DNA of 64,000 nucleotides from Alphaproteobacteria bacterium (GTDB lineage: Bacteria; Pseudomonadota; Alphaproteobacteria; Bin95). This document shows positions 9,868 through 19,463 of the stretch, piece after piece. The stretch spans positions 4,960,001 to 5,024,000 of the forward strand of contig CBDBGH010000003.1 of assembly GCA_965205265.1 (NCBI GenBank). The letters are read 5' to 3'. A program made the position numbers and the translations under genes. The number at the start of each line of letters is the position of its first letter. Positions within the stretch are counted from its first letter, which is position 1. The notes beneath the pieces were generated by a model that saw nothing but the letters and a program-made list of their open reading frames with translations, did no database searches and was not told the DNA's origin.

Positions 9868-11382
9868 ATGCGCGTAGTGGATGTTTTTGCCGGCGGGGGC
9901 GGCTCCAGCGAGGGAATCAGGCAGGCTCTCGGCCGCGAGGTCGACATGGCGATCGACGCGGACGCGAAGGTCCTCTCCATGCACTCGGTGAACCACCCGG
10001 GCAGCAGGCATATCGTAAGCGACGTGTCGGCGGTGGAGCCTGCGGGCATTGCCGGGCCGGGCCGGATCGGCCTGGCGTGGTTCTCGCCGCCGTGCACCGA
10101 CCACTCGCGCGCCAAGGGGGGAAAGAGGATCACGCCCGAGCAGGAGAAGCGCCGGGAGCTGGCCTGGACGGTGGAACGCTGGGCCAGGGAGGCCCGCCCG
10201 GACGTCATCATGCTCGAGAACGTCATGGAATTCCGGCACTGGGGCCCGTTGGTTGACGGCATACCGGACAAGGCCCGGATGGGCGAGACCTTCCGTTACT
10301 GGTGGGAGAAGCTCCGCGCCGCTGGCTATGACAGGATCGAGATGAGAGAGGTGAAGGCCGCCGACCTCGGCGTCCCGACGGTGCGCAGCCGCCTGATAAT
10401 CATCGCCCGCCGCGACGGGAGACCCATCGTCTGGCCCGAGGCGACGCACGGTCCCGGGCGCGCCCTTCCGTGGCGGACGGCCGCGGAGTGCATCGACTGG
10501 GATGTACCGTGCCACAGCATCTTCCTGACGCGCGAGGAAGGACGGAAGGTGGGCGTGAAGCGCCCGCTGGTCCCGAAGACCATGGACCGCATCGCCATGG
10601 GCCTCGAGCGCTATGTCCTGAACAATGGCAGTCCGTTCATCGCCCCGGTGACGCATAGCGGCGACCCGCGCCGGGTTCACTCGGTGGATGACCCGCTGCG
10701 GACCGTGACGACGGCGAAACGCGGGGAATTCGCTCTGGTCATGCCCCGTCTGGCATGGATGGCCCAGCACAACAGCGGTGTGACGGGGCATGGATGCGAT
10801 GAGCCCTTCAGCACGCTCACCGGCAAGGGCTCGCACCAGAACCTCGTCCTGTGCCATCTGGACCGCCAGTTCGGAACGGAAACGCACGGGAGCCTGGAGG
10901 AGCCCGCGCCGACCGTCGTGGCCTCGGGGCAGGGCAAGACGGCGCTCGTGGCCTCTTTCATCAGCCACTACCATCACAGCAATACCAACGGCGGCAACGG
11001 CTCGCTTCGCCGGCCCCTGAACACCGTCCTGGCGAACGGCCAGCACAAGGCATTGGTCCAGGGCTTCCTGATGAAGCTCTACGGCAAGCGCGGCAGCGCG
11101 GACCTTTTCGAGCCCTCCCCCACGGCGGCGGGCCGGAGCAAGCTCGGCATCGTGACCGTGGATTCGGTCAATTACGTGCTTGTGGACATAGCGATGAGGA
11201 TGCTGACGCCGCGGGAACTTTTCAGGGCGCAGGGGTTCCCGGAAGACTACAGGATCGCGTTCGGCGCCAATGACGAACCGATCACCAAGGAGGTCCAGAT
11301 CCTGGCCTGCGGCAACAGCGTCTGCCCGCCCCTGGCCCGGGCTCTGGTCGAGGCGAACAGGGCAGGCCTGGAAGGCGTGTAG
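9868..11382 (+). CDS. DNA (cytosine-5) methyltransferase, phage/plasmid orphan type
   Basis: DVFAGGGG (motif I), SPPC (IV), ENV (VI), RMLTPREL..AQGFP (IX), GNSV (X). Confidence 0.92.
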   Translation: MRVVDVFAGGGGSSEGIRQALGREVDMAIDADAKVLSMHSVNHPGSRHIVSDVSAVEPAGIAGPGRIGLAWFSPPCTDHSRAKGGKRITPEQEKRRELAWTVERWAREARPDVIMLENVMEFRHWGPLVDGIPDKARMGETFRYWWEKLRAAGYDRIEMREVKAADLGVPTVRSRLIIIARRDGRPIVWPEATHGPGRALPWRTAAECIDWDVPCHSIFLTREEGRKVGVKRPLVPKTMDRIAMGLERYVLNNGSPFIAPVTHSGDPRRVHSVDDPLRTVTTAKRGEFALVMPRLAWMAQHNSGVTGHGCDEPFSTLTGKGSHQNLVLCHLDRQFGTETHGSLEEPAPTVVASGQGKTALVASFISHYHHSNTNGGNGSLRRPLNTVLANGQHKALVQGFLMKLYGKRGSADLFEPSPTAAGRSKLGIVTVDSVNYVLVDIAMRMLTPRELFRAQGFPEDYRIAFGANDEPITKEVQILACGNSVCPPLARALVEANRAGLEGV

Positions 11383-11403
11383 GGAGAGCGGGGAGGGCGC
11401 ATA

Positions 11404-11919
11404 TTGACGGGCACCGGGACATTCTACCTTGCCGGCGGCTATGGCTGGCTGGAGCGTCATGCAAGCCTGGCCGAGGGGATATCCACGCTCTCGGGATGGC
11501 GCTGCACGGCGCGCTGGCTGGAGGGTCTTGAAGGAGAGACCGATCCCGAGGTGGCCAGGAACGACCGGGCGGATGTCGAGGCGGCGGATGCGCTCGTCGT
11601 CGTGAACAGCCCGTCCCAGCGCAACAGCACATGGGTCGAACTGGGCATCGCGATCGGGTTGAGGAAGCCGGTCATCATGCTGGTTTCGGCCCCGGAGGAT
11701 ATCCGGGACATTCCGGTGTTCTGGGCCCTGCCGGAATGTCTCGTGGTCGCCGCGCCGGGGCATGCGCACGGGACATTCCTGTACGGTGCGGGTTCGGGCG
11801 ACAGGACAGACTGGCCCGGCCCTTGCGGTTTGCTCAAGGCCGCGGCCGTGGCCTATTCGATCATAATGGACAGAGATCTGCCGCCGCCGGACTGGAGCAG
11901 ATACAAGGCGGCGGCATGA
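11404..11919 (+). CDS. nucleoside 2-deoxyribosyltransferase-like protein
   Basis: FYLAG, DRADVEAADALVV and TWVELGIAIGLRKPV motifs. Confidence 0.75.
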   Translation: MTGTGTFYLAGGYGWLERHASLAEGISTLSGWRCTARWLEGLEGETDPEVARNDRADVEAADALVVVNSPSQRNSTWVELGIAIGLRKPVIMLVSAPEDIRDIPVFWALPECLVVAAPGHAHGTFLYGAGSGDRTDWPGPCGLLKAAAVAYSIIMDRDLPPPDWSRYKAAA

Positions 11920-12233
11920 AGCGTCTCTCACACAGGACGAAACGGACGGTCCGTGACCGTGGCCTTCTCGCCCCCTCTCCTTCCGGAGCGGTCGGGGACG
12001 ATCTGGAATGGGCGAAGGCCTGCGCCCGCAAGGGCTGGGACAATATCGAGCTGCTCACCGAGAGCGAGTTGCGTTTCGTCGACAGCTTCGGGATGCGGCT
12101 GCAGAGATACGGAGCCAGGACGGAGATTTCGGACCGCCAGAAGGACTGGCTGAAGCGCATCGTCGCGAAGATCGACGCGAGGACGGAGAGCGCCCCCGAC
12201 CGGGCGGACGGGGGGACAGATGGCCCGGAGTGA
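11916..12233 (+). CDS. hypothetical protein
   Basis: ATGA-coupled to the upstream gene; LTESELRFVDS...ISDRQKDWLKRI. Confidence 0.6.
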   Translation: MKRLSHRTKRTVRDRGLLAPSPSGAVGDDLEWAKACARKGWDNIELLTESELRFVDSFGMRLQRYGARTEISDRQKDWLKRIVAKIDARTESAPDRADGGTDGPE

Positions 12234-12651
12234 GGTTCCCGTCCATTTGCTCAGGCCGTTCGTCAGGTGGCCTCTGGCGGCGCCGACTCTGCCGGCGGTC
12301 ACGGCCTATGTCGAGGAGCGCCGGCGCCGGGGCGGCGTGATCGGCACCTGGACCGCCCGGCATCCAAGGCGGGCGGAGGAACTGGCCGGGGGCTCGGTGT
12401 TCTTCGTCAGGTCCGGGCGCACGCTGTTCCGGCTCGGGATCGAGGATATCGCCGTGACCCGCACGGGCATGACGAGGATTGCCATGACACCGTTCGTGTA
12501 TCCGGTGGTCGCGAAACGGGTCGGCATGGTCCGCGGCTGGCGCTACCTCGAGGAGCGCGACGCGCCGGCGGACCTGCCGGTCGCACCGTCGGCGGCGGAT
12601 GACAGGCTGCCGGAGGGTCTGCGGCGCGAACTGGCCGAGTGGGGCCTGTGA
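12220..12651 (+). CDS. DUF1489-like (ASCH/PUA-like) protein
   Basis: PRRAEELAGGSVF, GWRYLEERDAPADL and LPEGLRRELAEWGL match my recollection of DUF1489. Confidence 0.65.
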   Translation: MARSEVPVHLLRPFVRWPLAAPTLPAVTAYVEERRRRGGVIGTWTARHPRRAEELAGGSVFFVRSGRTLFRLGIEDIAVTRTGMTRIAMTPFVYPVVAKRVGMVRGWRYLEERDAPADLPVAPSAADDRLPEGLRRELAEWGL

Positions 12652-13568
12652 CAGGTCGGGCGGCCAGGAGGATGCCGGCGCGTTGGGCGCGCGGCCATGT
12701 CGAGTGGATCGAGGATGAAGTGGCCCATCTGTCGGTCGTCTTCACCTGGGATCTGGAGCGTGTCTGGCAGCGGGCGAACTGGCTCCACCGGGCCGGCTAC
12801 CGGGTGCGGGTCGGGGGCCCGGCGGTTCATGTGCGCACGCCGGTCCGCGATGCGCTGGCCGGGATCGCGGAAATAGGCGGCCATGTCGCCGAGGCTGTCG
12901 TCAGGCACAATCCCGATGCGACATTCGCGTCGAGAGGCTGTCCGGTCGGCTGCTGGTTCTGTGTCGTGCCGAGCATGGAGGGCCGGGAGTTCACGCTGAT
13001 CGAGGATTTCGTGCCCCGCCCGATCCTGTGCGACAACAATCTGAGCGCACTGCCCGGGACATTCCAGGACCATATCGTGGCCCGGTATCAGGAGACGGAA
13101 GTGCCTCTCTTGGATGCCAATTCGGGTTTCGAGCCGAGGACCTTCGACGAGGAGGTGTTCCGGCGCTGGGAGCCTGTCCTGCGCGGCCCCTGGCGTTTCG
13201 CGCTGGACGATGAGGGCGACTTGCCGCATGTGCTCGGCGTGCTGGACATGCTGCGTGAGCGTGTCCCCAATCCCAGGAGAAAACGCCTCTATGTGCTGGT
13301 GGGGAACGAGCCGTTCGATTTGTGCATGCATCGCATCCGGACGGTTCTGGACGGGGGCGCAGAACCGCATGTGCAACCCCTGATGAAACTCAACGCGATG
13401 CGGCGCGAACCCTGGGTGCGCCATGACTGGTCGGTGGACCTTCTCAGGTCGGTGGCGCGGTGGGCGAACCGCAGATTGTGGAAATACACGGATTTCGACG
13501 GCTATCGTCGAAGCGTGCGCAGTTCCCGGCAGGAGAAGACGGAGGGGCAGATGTCGCTAACGGTGTGA
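12648..13568 (+). CDS. radical SAM-like protein, phage/plasmid type
   Basis: SRGCPVGCWFCVVP (CxxxCxxC), LCDNNL, LYVLVG; GTGA overlap with the upstream gene. Confidence 0.8.
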   Translation: MTGRAARRMPARWARGHVEWIEDEVAHLSVVFTWDLERVWQRANWLHRAGYRVRVGGPAVHVRTPVRDALAGIAEIGGHVAEAVVRHNPDATFASRGCPVGCWFCVVPSMEGREFTLIEDFVPRPILCDNNLSALPGTFQDHIVARYQETEVPLLDANSGFEPRTFDEEVFRRWEPVLRGPWRFALDDEGDLPHVLGVLDMLRERVPNPRRKRLYVLVGNEPFDLCMHRIRTVLDGGAEPHVQPLMKLNAMRREPWVRHDWSVDLLRSVARWANRRLWKYTDFDGYRRSVRSSRQEKTEGQMSLTV

Positions 13569-13640
13569 CGGGCCGGCGGCGGTGATGCGGCAATGCCCGC
13601 TGTGGACAGGGAGGCAGTGTCCGGTTCCTGTTCCATTTGA

Positions 13641-13669
13641 TTGGATATGCAATCGAAACGGCATATAAT
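13641..13669 (+). promoter_or_regulatory. sigma70-like promoter with a degenerate operator
   Basis: TTGGAT-N17-TATAAT containing CAATCGAAACG at 13650. Confidence 0.45.
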
Positions 13670-13729
13670 TGGAATTCCTCTGCTTGGAAGGGCGCAGGTG
13701 TGGAACGGGAAGACTTGATGAAGGAGGGG

Positions 13730-14434
13730 GTGCTCACTGTAAAACTGGTTAACCTTCCGGCACTCGATACGTCGACCGTCCAGGTGATGAACCGCCTGGT
13801 GGAGTTTCTGAAAAGGCTGCGCCTGCGGCGCTTTGTGGAAGAGGCGGAGGCGGCCGCCCGGCGGCCGCGGCCGCTCGGTCCGGCGGAGGGCTGCCGCGCC
13901 GACCCTTCGGGTGTGGAACGCAGGGAGTGGAGGCGCTTCGGGAGAACGCGAATGCAGCGCGTCCATCCGGGGGTCCATCTCGCCGATGCCATAGAGGAAC
14001 TCGGTCTCACGCAATATCGTCTGGCGAAGACAATAAATGTGCCTCCCGGCCGCATGAACGAGATCATACGGGGGCGGCGGGCGATATCGCCGGAGACCTC
14101 CGTGCGCCTGGGTCAGGCGCTCGGCATGTCCTCCACCTACTGGCTCGATCAGCAGCGGAAGCACGACAATCTTGCGGGGGGCTCGCCAGGGCGATCCGAT
14201 CATCGGGAGGGTGGCCCGTCACCGGTCGGGATTTCGGAAAGGGACCTCCAGAAGATCGAGCGCCGGGCCAACGAGCTGGTCAGGCGCCGGGAAGCGGCCA
14301 ACGGGCTTGGGCATCTCCGCGAAGACGAGAAGCGGGCCCTGAAGAGGATATACGGCGACGTGCCGGCGGTCCGGGTTCCGACGGAGCACCGGGCGGACGA
14401 GATTGCCGCGGCCCTGCACGAGGAAATGCCGTGA
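13730..14434 (+). CDS. HigA-type HTH protein whose C-terminus appears to be the N-terminal part of the downstream AAA ATPase
   Basis: HPGVHL...LGLTQYRLAKTINVPPGRMNEIIRGRRAISPETSVRLG...YWLDQQ; start position uncertain. Confidence 0.7.
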   Translation: MLTVKLVNLPALDTSTVQVMNRLVEFLKRLRLRRFVEEAEAAARRPRPLGPAEGCRADPSGVERREWRRFGRTRMQRVHPGVHLADAIEELGLTQYRLAKTINVPPGRMNEIIRGRRAISPETSVRLGQALGMSSTYWLDQQRKHDNLAGGSPGRSDHREGGPSPVGISERDLQKIERRANELVRRREAANGLGHLREDEKRALKRIYGDVPAVRVPTEHRADEIAAALHEEMP

Positions 14435-15148
14435 ATGGCGCCGGCGACCAAGGAAGCCTGGCATGCGCTGCGCCGTTGCGCCGACAGGGGGGAGCCGGTG
14501 AAAATCGGTCCGCTTCTCCTGGTGGGCAAGACAGGGACGGGCAAGACGGCCTGGGCGCGCCGCCTGGGCAAGATCCTCGAGATGCCGCCCTGCCTGATCG
14601 ATGCCTCACGGGGGTTGGCCGCATTCAGTGTGGCCGGAGTGGAACGAGGCTGGAAGTCGGCAGGGGCCGGCCTGCCGCTTCAGACGGTCATGAACGCGCG
14701 TATTGCAAATCCGGTGGTGATTCTCGATGAGATATGCAAGGCCGGAGGGCTGTGGTCGTCCTCGGGCATGTCGCTGGCCTTCATCCCGGCGCTGCTGGGC
14801 CTTCTGGAACCGGAGACGGCGCGGGAATGGGTGTGTCCGTATTTCCAGGTGCCGGTGAACATGAGCCACCTGAGCTGGATCATGACCGCGAATTCGACGG
14901 CAACGCTGCCGCAGCCGCTGCTGAGCCGTTGCCGGACGATCGAAATCGCGGAACCCTCGGTGAAGCAGCTGCAGGAGTTCGCCCGCCGTCAGGCGGCCGG
15001 GATGGACCTGTCGGCCGCCGGCACCGAGGCGGTGGCCGGAGCGATCGCAAAGGCCGCCGGAAAGGGAACCATGCCCGGCGGCTTGCGCAGCGTTGTCCGG
15101 ATGCTGGAGCGCGCGCAGGAGATCGAGAGCCGTCCCGTGCTGCACTGA
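14435..15148 (+). CDS. Lon-like AAA+ ATPase domain without a protease domain; probably the 3' part of a gene split by an in-frame TGA
   Basis: Walker A GKTGTGKT, NPVVILDEICKA, LLGLLEP, MTANS, PLLSRC; ATG immediately follows the in-frame TGA. Confidence 0.8.
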   Translation: MAPATKEAWHALRRCADRGEPVKIGPLLLVGKTGTGKTAWARRLGKILEMPPCLIDASRGLAAFSVAGVERGWKSAGAGLPLQTVMNARIANPVVILDEICKAGGLWSSSGMSLAFIPALLGLLEPETAREWVCPYFQVPVNMSHLSWIMTANSTATLPQPLLSRCRTIEIAEPSVKQLQEFARRQAAGMDLSAAGTEAVAGAIAKAAGKGTMPGGLRSVVRMLERAQEIESRPVLH

Positions 15149-15177
15149 CGGCGTTTGCTGCGTCCGGTTCCGGGCCT

Positions 15178-16110
15178 TCACGGGGCCGGTTCGGGCGGCT
15201 CCTTCGGCAGGCTTTCCAAGAGGGCCCGGATCTTTTCGCGCTCGTCGCGTTCTCCGACGCCGTCGATGGAAGTGGCTTCCCTGCGCGACAGGAAATCGTG
15301 GACCGTGGCGCCCTCATTGTCGCGGGCCGCGGGATCGGCCCCCGCCTCCAGGAGGAACTGGAGCGCCGCGGCGTCGCCGCGGCGGACCGCCTCGTGCAAC
15401 GGCGTACATCCCGTCTCGCTGCGGCTGTCCGGATCGGCGCCGGCGTCAACGAGAATGCGCATCCTTTCGGTTTCCACATAGCGCCTGGCGGCGACCCAGT
15501 GCAGCGGCGAGCGCCCCTCTGCGTCAGGAGCGTTCGGGTCCGCTCCCCCCGACAGCAGGGCGCGCAATACCTCGGCATGGCCCGGGTTGGCGAAGAGCCG
15601 GTGAATCGGCCGCCAGCCACCGGCGTCCCGCCCATTCGGGTCGGCGCCGGCGCCGATGAGGGCGCAGACGCCGCGCACGGCCTCCATCTCGAATGCGTTC
15701 GAGACGGCCCAGTGAAGCGGCCTGCCGTAACGCTCGTTCGGGAGATCGGGGTCCGCCCCGACCTCGACCAGGGTCCTGATGAGGCCGGTATCGCCGAAAG
15801 CGATATGGAGGGCGGCGACGCCCCTGTCATTCCGCAGGTTGGGGTCGGCGCCCGCGTCCAGAAGCGCCCTCGCCATTCGTCCCCGGACCGGTTCAGGGCA
15901 TTCCATGACCTCGACGAGCGGCGGATTGGCGTCCTCGCCGCTCCTGACATTCGGGTCGGCGCCCGCGTCAAGGAGGTGTCTCACAAGATCCGGATGCTCG
16001 GCCATGACCGCGCGGTGAAGCGCTGTCAGGCCGTCCTCGCGCGCGTCGAGGTCGCCGCCCTTCGCGACGAACTCCCTCATATCGTCCGCGGTCATGCCAT
16101 CGAAATCCAT
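15178..16110 (-). CDS. ankyrin-repeat protein
   Basis: Repeated G-x-(T/S)-(P/A)-LH...LLDAGADPN units. Confidence 0.92.
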   Translation of the reverse strand: MDFDGMTADDMREFVAKGGDLDAREDGLTALHRAVMAEHPDLVRHLLDAGADPNVRSGEDANPPLVEVMECPEPVRGRMARALLDAGADPNLRNDRGVAALHIAFGDTGLIRTLVEVGADPDLPNERYGRPLHWAVSNAFEMEAVRGVCALIGAGADPNGRDAGGWRPIHRLFANPGHAEVLRALLSGGADPNAPDAEGRSPLHWVAARRYVETERMRILVDAGADPDSRSETGCTPLHEAVRRGDAAALQFLLEAGADPAARDNEGATVHDFLSRREATSIDGVGERDEREKIRALLESLPKEPPEPAP

Positions 16111-16262
16111 GGTCCACGTCCTCTTCCTGTACAGCCCGCCTGTCGGCACCGTCTGCCGCATGATCCGGGCGGGACATGAAAATCCAAAGGACGGGCGCCG
16201 CAGCGCATGGTGGATATCCTCCATGGTTTTCGCGGCGGCTCCAGTCGGTATTGCTCATGACC

Positions 16263-16316
16263 AATGTGGATTGCCATAACAAGCGGATTGCAATAACAAG
16301 CGGACTATGATATAAA
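16263..16316 (+). promoter_or_regulatory. operator repeats plus sigma70-like promoter
   Basis: AATGTGGATTG (16263), CAAGCGGATTG (16280), CAAGCGGACTA (16297); TTGCAA-N17-TATAAA. Confidence 0.7.
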
Positions 16317-16357
16317 AGGCCTGCTTGAGGCGGTCCGGAAATTGTGGGAGGCGCAAC

Positions 16358-16723
16358 ATGGCCGGGCGGAAAAACAGCCCAAGGGGGTTCGAGGTGCTGA
16401 AGGTCGGCCAGACCGTCAATGTGCTGAACATGTTGGCGAGCGGCCGGTACATTCTCGAGGGCAGGGCGACGGTGCTCGGGCTCTGCGAGGGCTACGAGCG
16501 GCGCGCCGTGGTGCGCTTCCTGGATGACGCGGAATACATGGACAATTACGAGCGCTACATCGATCCCCGGGCCCAGGGTCCGGCCGGGCAGGTCGAGGCG
16601 TGGCTGGAGGTTCTCAACCGGCGGGAGCCAGCGGCCGGGAAGGAGGATGTCGATGCCTTCGACATGGCCTTCGATCTGGATGCCACTGTGCCTGGGGGAC
16701 AAGGGAAGGAGGACGGACAATGA
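16358..16723 (+). CDS. hypothetical protein
   Basis: GGGAGG RBS; first gene downstream of the operator/promoter. Confidence 0.65.
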   Translation: MAGRKNSPRGFEVLKVGQTVNVLNMLASGRYILEGRATVLGLCEGYERRAVVRFLDDAEYMDNYERYIDPRAQGPAGQVEAWLEVLNRREPAAGKEDVDAFDMAFDLDATVPGGQGKEDGQ

Positions 16724-17256
16724 CGGGGATGAGCGGCAAACTCGCGAACGCGCGGGTTCCGGGTTGGCTTGCCATTGTGTCCGTGGCCGTCGCGGTGCTT
16801 GCCGGAGCCGGTGTCGGCAAGCTGTATGCCGAGAAGCAGGCGTCGGCGGCGCTCGCGAGAAGCGTGGCGGAGGGCCGGCTGGAGAGGCTTGACCGCGATA
16901 CGGTGACCCTGACCGCAACCGCGAAGGAATTCGTGGATGCCGTGCTGGACGAGGAAAGCGGGTCGGTCGAGACAAGGCGGGACCGCCTGACGACCCATAT
17001 CGCCGCCATGCACGCCCGGGTCAGGGTGAACGGCGGCTGGTTCGACCGGCCGACAGCGTTTGCGGCAGCCGCCTATCAGGAGCGGATGCTGCTGTTCCGC
17101 GAGGCGGTGCTGGAAGTCGACGGGGTGATGACCATGAAACCCTTCTGGGAAAGCGCCTCCGCGCTGACTGTGGCCCAGAAGGTATTCCTGGAGGAAATGA
17201 ACCGCCAGCTGTCCGGCGGTCCGGGTTGCGGCGAAGCTTCGGGGAGACAGGCATGA
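16720..17256 (+). CDS. hypothetical membrane-anchored protein
   Basis: N-terminal TM WLAIVSVAVAVLAGAGVG; ATGA coupling. Confidence 0.65.
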   Translation: MTGMSGKLANARVPGWLAIVSVAVAVLAGAGVGKLYAEKQASAALARSVAEGRLERLDRDTVTLTATAKEFVDAVLDEESGSVETRRDRLTTHIAAMHARVRVNGGWFDRPTAFAAAAYQERMLLFREAVLEVDGVMTMKPFWESASALTVAQKVFLEEMNRQLSGGPGCGEASGRQA

Positions 17257-17471
17257 GCATTCATGTCGAACGGGCGGTCGCCTCGGCACGGAGGCGCGGC
17301 GCGTGGGCCGGAGAGGCATGCGCCCGGGACCTCTGGAACCTCTCGAAGCGGGAGCTGGTGGAGATCGGCCTGCGTCTGGCCGGCCAGACTCTCGGTGGAG
17401 AGGACCCCGAAGCAGCGGCTGACCGGTGCCGCGAGGAATTGACCGTGCTGAAACAGCAGGGGATCGTCTGA
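17253..17471 (+). CDS. small hypothetical protein
   Basis: ATGA coupling; LWNLSKRELVEI. Confidence 0.6.
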   Translation: MSIHVERAVASARRRGAWAGEACARDLWNLSKRELVEIGLRLAGQTLGGEDPEAAADRCREELTVLKQQGIV

Positions 17472-17629
17472 CCGGCGACTTCGTGGACCGCGGGCGGTTG
17501 CGGCTTCCCGGCCGGAGCCTGTGGTTCCGGAGCGTTTGCGTCCTGACCGACCTTCCAGGCCCATCCGGGGCCGCAGGCGATCAGGTCCAGTGAGCAGGTC
17601 CGGTTCCGGAAAGTCGAAAGGAACAGTCC

Positions 17630-18439
17630 ATGACAGCGCGCAAGACTCTCTACCTCGCCAATCCCTACGGCTTCTCGGCGCAGCAGAAGGCGGGGCCGCT
17701 CCGCGAGCTGGCAACGGCCCTTGCCAGTGTCGGCGCGGAAGTATGGGAGCCCTTCGAGCGCAACAACCAGATCGACTTCTCGGCCCCCGGATGGGCCTGG
17801 AAGGTCGGTCAGGCCGACACGCGCGATGTGCGCGAGGCGGACGGGCTCTTCGCGGTCGTCAATGGCTGTCCGCCCGACGAGGGCGTGATGGTCGAGCTGG
17901 GCATGGCGATCGCCTGGGGCAAGGCTGTCTTCCTGTTCCGGGACGATTTCCGGCGCTGCACGGACAGTGAGCGGTATCCGTTGAACCTTATGCTGTTCGC
18001 CGGCCTGCCGGCGGAGGGGTGGGAATCCTGTTGGTTCGGCTCGATCGGCGAGATCTCCGATCCGGGAAAAGCCCTCGTTCCATGGCTCGAAGGCGGGAAG
18101 GATGCACCGGAAGACCGTGCGGTGCCGGGGCCGTTCTACGCGGGCCTGGGCGACATGATTTACCGCAATGACCCGCGCCGCGCCCTGGCGCTTGCAACGC
18201 CGGGCGTGGACCGGGCGGAACTCAGGGAGCTTGCAACCCTGCTGAACAAGGGCATGCGCTACGACAGCATGCTGGAGGCGCTGTGGATGTTTCACCAGGC
18301 CTGTCAGAATGAAAGCCTGCAGGGCATGACGGACGCCTATGACATGACGGACGCCATCCTGGCGACGGAAAAGAACCGGGGAGACGACGATGACTGCGGA
18401 GCGGCTGAAGGAAGCGATGACCTTCGAGGAGTTCAATAA
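17630..18439 (+). CDS. nucleoside 2-deoxyribosyltransferase family protein with a C-terminal extension
   Basis: LYLANPYGFS, DVREADGLFAVVNGCPPDEGVMVELGMAIAWGK, RDDFR, YPLNLM. Confidence 0.85.
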   Translation: MTARKTLYLANPYGFSAQQKAGPLRELATALASVGAEVWEPFERNNQIDFSAPGWAWKVGQADTRDVREADGLFAVVNGCPPDEGVMVELGMAIAWGKAVFLFRDDFRRCTDSERYPLNLMLFAGLPAEGWESCWFGSIGEISDPGKALVPWLEGGKDAPEDRAVPGPFYAGLGDMIYRNDPRRALALATPGVDRAELRELATLLNKGMRYDSMLEALWMFHQACQNESLQGMTDAYDMTDAILATEKNRGDDDDCGAAEGSDDLRGVQ

Positions 18440-18623
18440 CGGCGCCCCGCCGTGCGTGCTGGTGCGTCTCTATCACGATCCCGACAATGCCGAGACGGCC
18501 CCCGCCGAGCGCGCGTCGGCGGCGGACAGGCTGCGGGAGATCGCAGACCGGCTTGAGGAGGGCGATTACGGTGTCGGCAATTGGGAAGACACATACGCGT
18601 TCTGCGTCGCCCGCGACCTGTAG
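18390..18623 (+). CDS. small hypothetical protein
   Basis: Plausible composition (ADRLREIADRLEEG), overlapping the NDT stop. Confidence 0.45.
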   Translation: MTAERLKEAMTFEEFNNGAPPCVLVRLYHDPDNAETAPAERASAADRLREIADRLEEGDYGVGNWEDTYAFCVARDL

Positions 18624-18914
18624 GTCAGGCAAGGGCGCGCTGCGCGCCTGGCTGGAATGGACGCCGGACACAACCCTCGCGGCGCTCGTGATCGAGGATC
18701 GCGAGGGGCGGCGCGTCGAGATACGGGGGCATGGCGGAATCGGGTCCGGATGGGCCGGCGACCGCCTGGACACAGCGCTCGATGCGCTGTCGGCGCCGAC
18801 GGTTTCGTCGCTGCATGCAGGCCACCCGGTGATGCCCTGGAGCGGTTCGCTTCGTTCGGGCGGGGACCAGGCCGTCCTGAGGGCGCTGCACAGCGATGGA
18901 CTGGCAGTCATCCC

Positions 18915-19202
18915 ATGAATATCGGAGACAGGGTCTGCCTGGACCTGACGGTGATGGATATCGTCCCCGTCATGGGAGCTTTCCGTGACGAGGAGCGGTA
19001 CCGGCTCAAATCCGAAGACGGGTCGGTCTTCATCTGGCGCTATACGGGCGACTACCGGATGGACATCGGAAGGCGCTACCGGATCAAGGCGACCGTGGTC
19101 GGCAGGGACAGCGAGGGCCGCTGGAGACTGAAGCGCGGGCGCTTCGGTCTTCTGCCCGAGGACCCGGCTCCGGGAAGCGGGCCGTCGCCGGACGGCCGGT
19201 AG
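18915..19202 (+). CDS. small beta-rich hypothetical protein, OB-like
   Basis: IGDRVCLDLTV...DGSVFIW...IGRRYRIKATV. Confidence 0.55.
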   Translation: MNIGDRVCLDLTVMDIVPVMGAFRDEERYRLKSEDGSVFIWRYTGDYRMDIGRRYRIKATVVGRDSEGRWRLKRGRFGLLPEDPAPGSGPSPDGR

Positions 19203-19335
19203 GGTCGGCTATGGCGGGCGCGGAACGCATACGCGAGCGTCATCGGGCGCGAGCGTCGTGGCTCGTGGCCCCGGGGGCGACGGCCTGACGCCGCCCTGGC
19301 CGCATGCGGAGAAGGCCGCGGGCCAATGATTTCGC

Positions 19336-19372
19336 CAATCCGCTTGACATTACAATCGGATTGGCATAGCAT
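19336..19372 (+). promoter_or_regulatory. operator pair plus sigma70 promoter
   Basis: CAATCCGCTTG (19336), CAATCGGATTG (19353); TTGACA-N17-TAGCAT. Confidence 0.75.
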
Positions 19373-19463
19373 GTATCCCATCCGGCTTGAAACGCGAGTG
19401 CAGGCCGATTTGGCCGCCGGGGAAGCCTGCCGGTCTGTCCGTGGCCGGGATGAACAGCGTATC

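Noticed and set aside
9799-11931. 710-aa minus-strand ORF
   Set aside because: Antisense shadow of the methyltransferase and NDT genes
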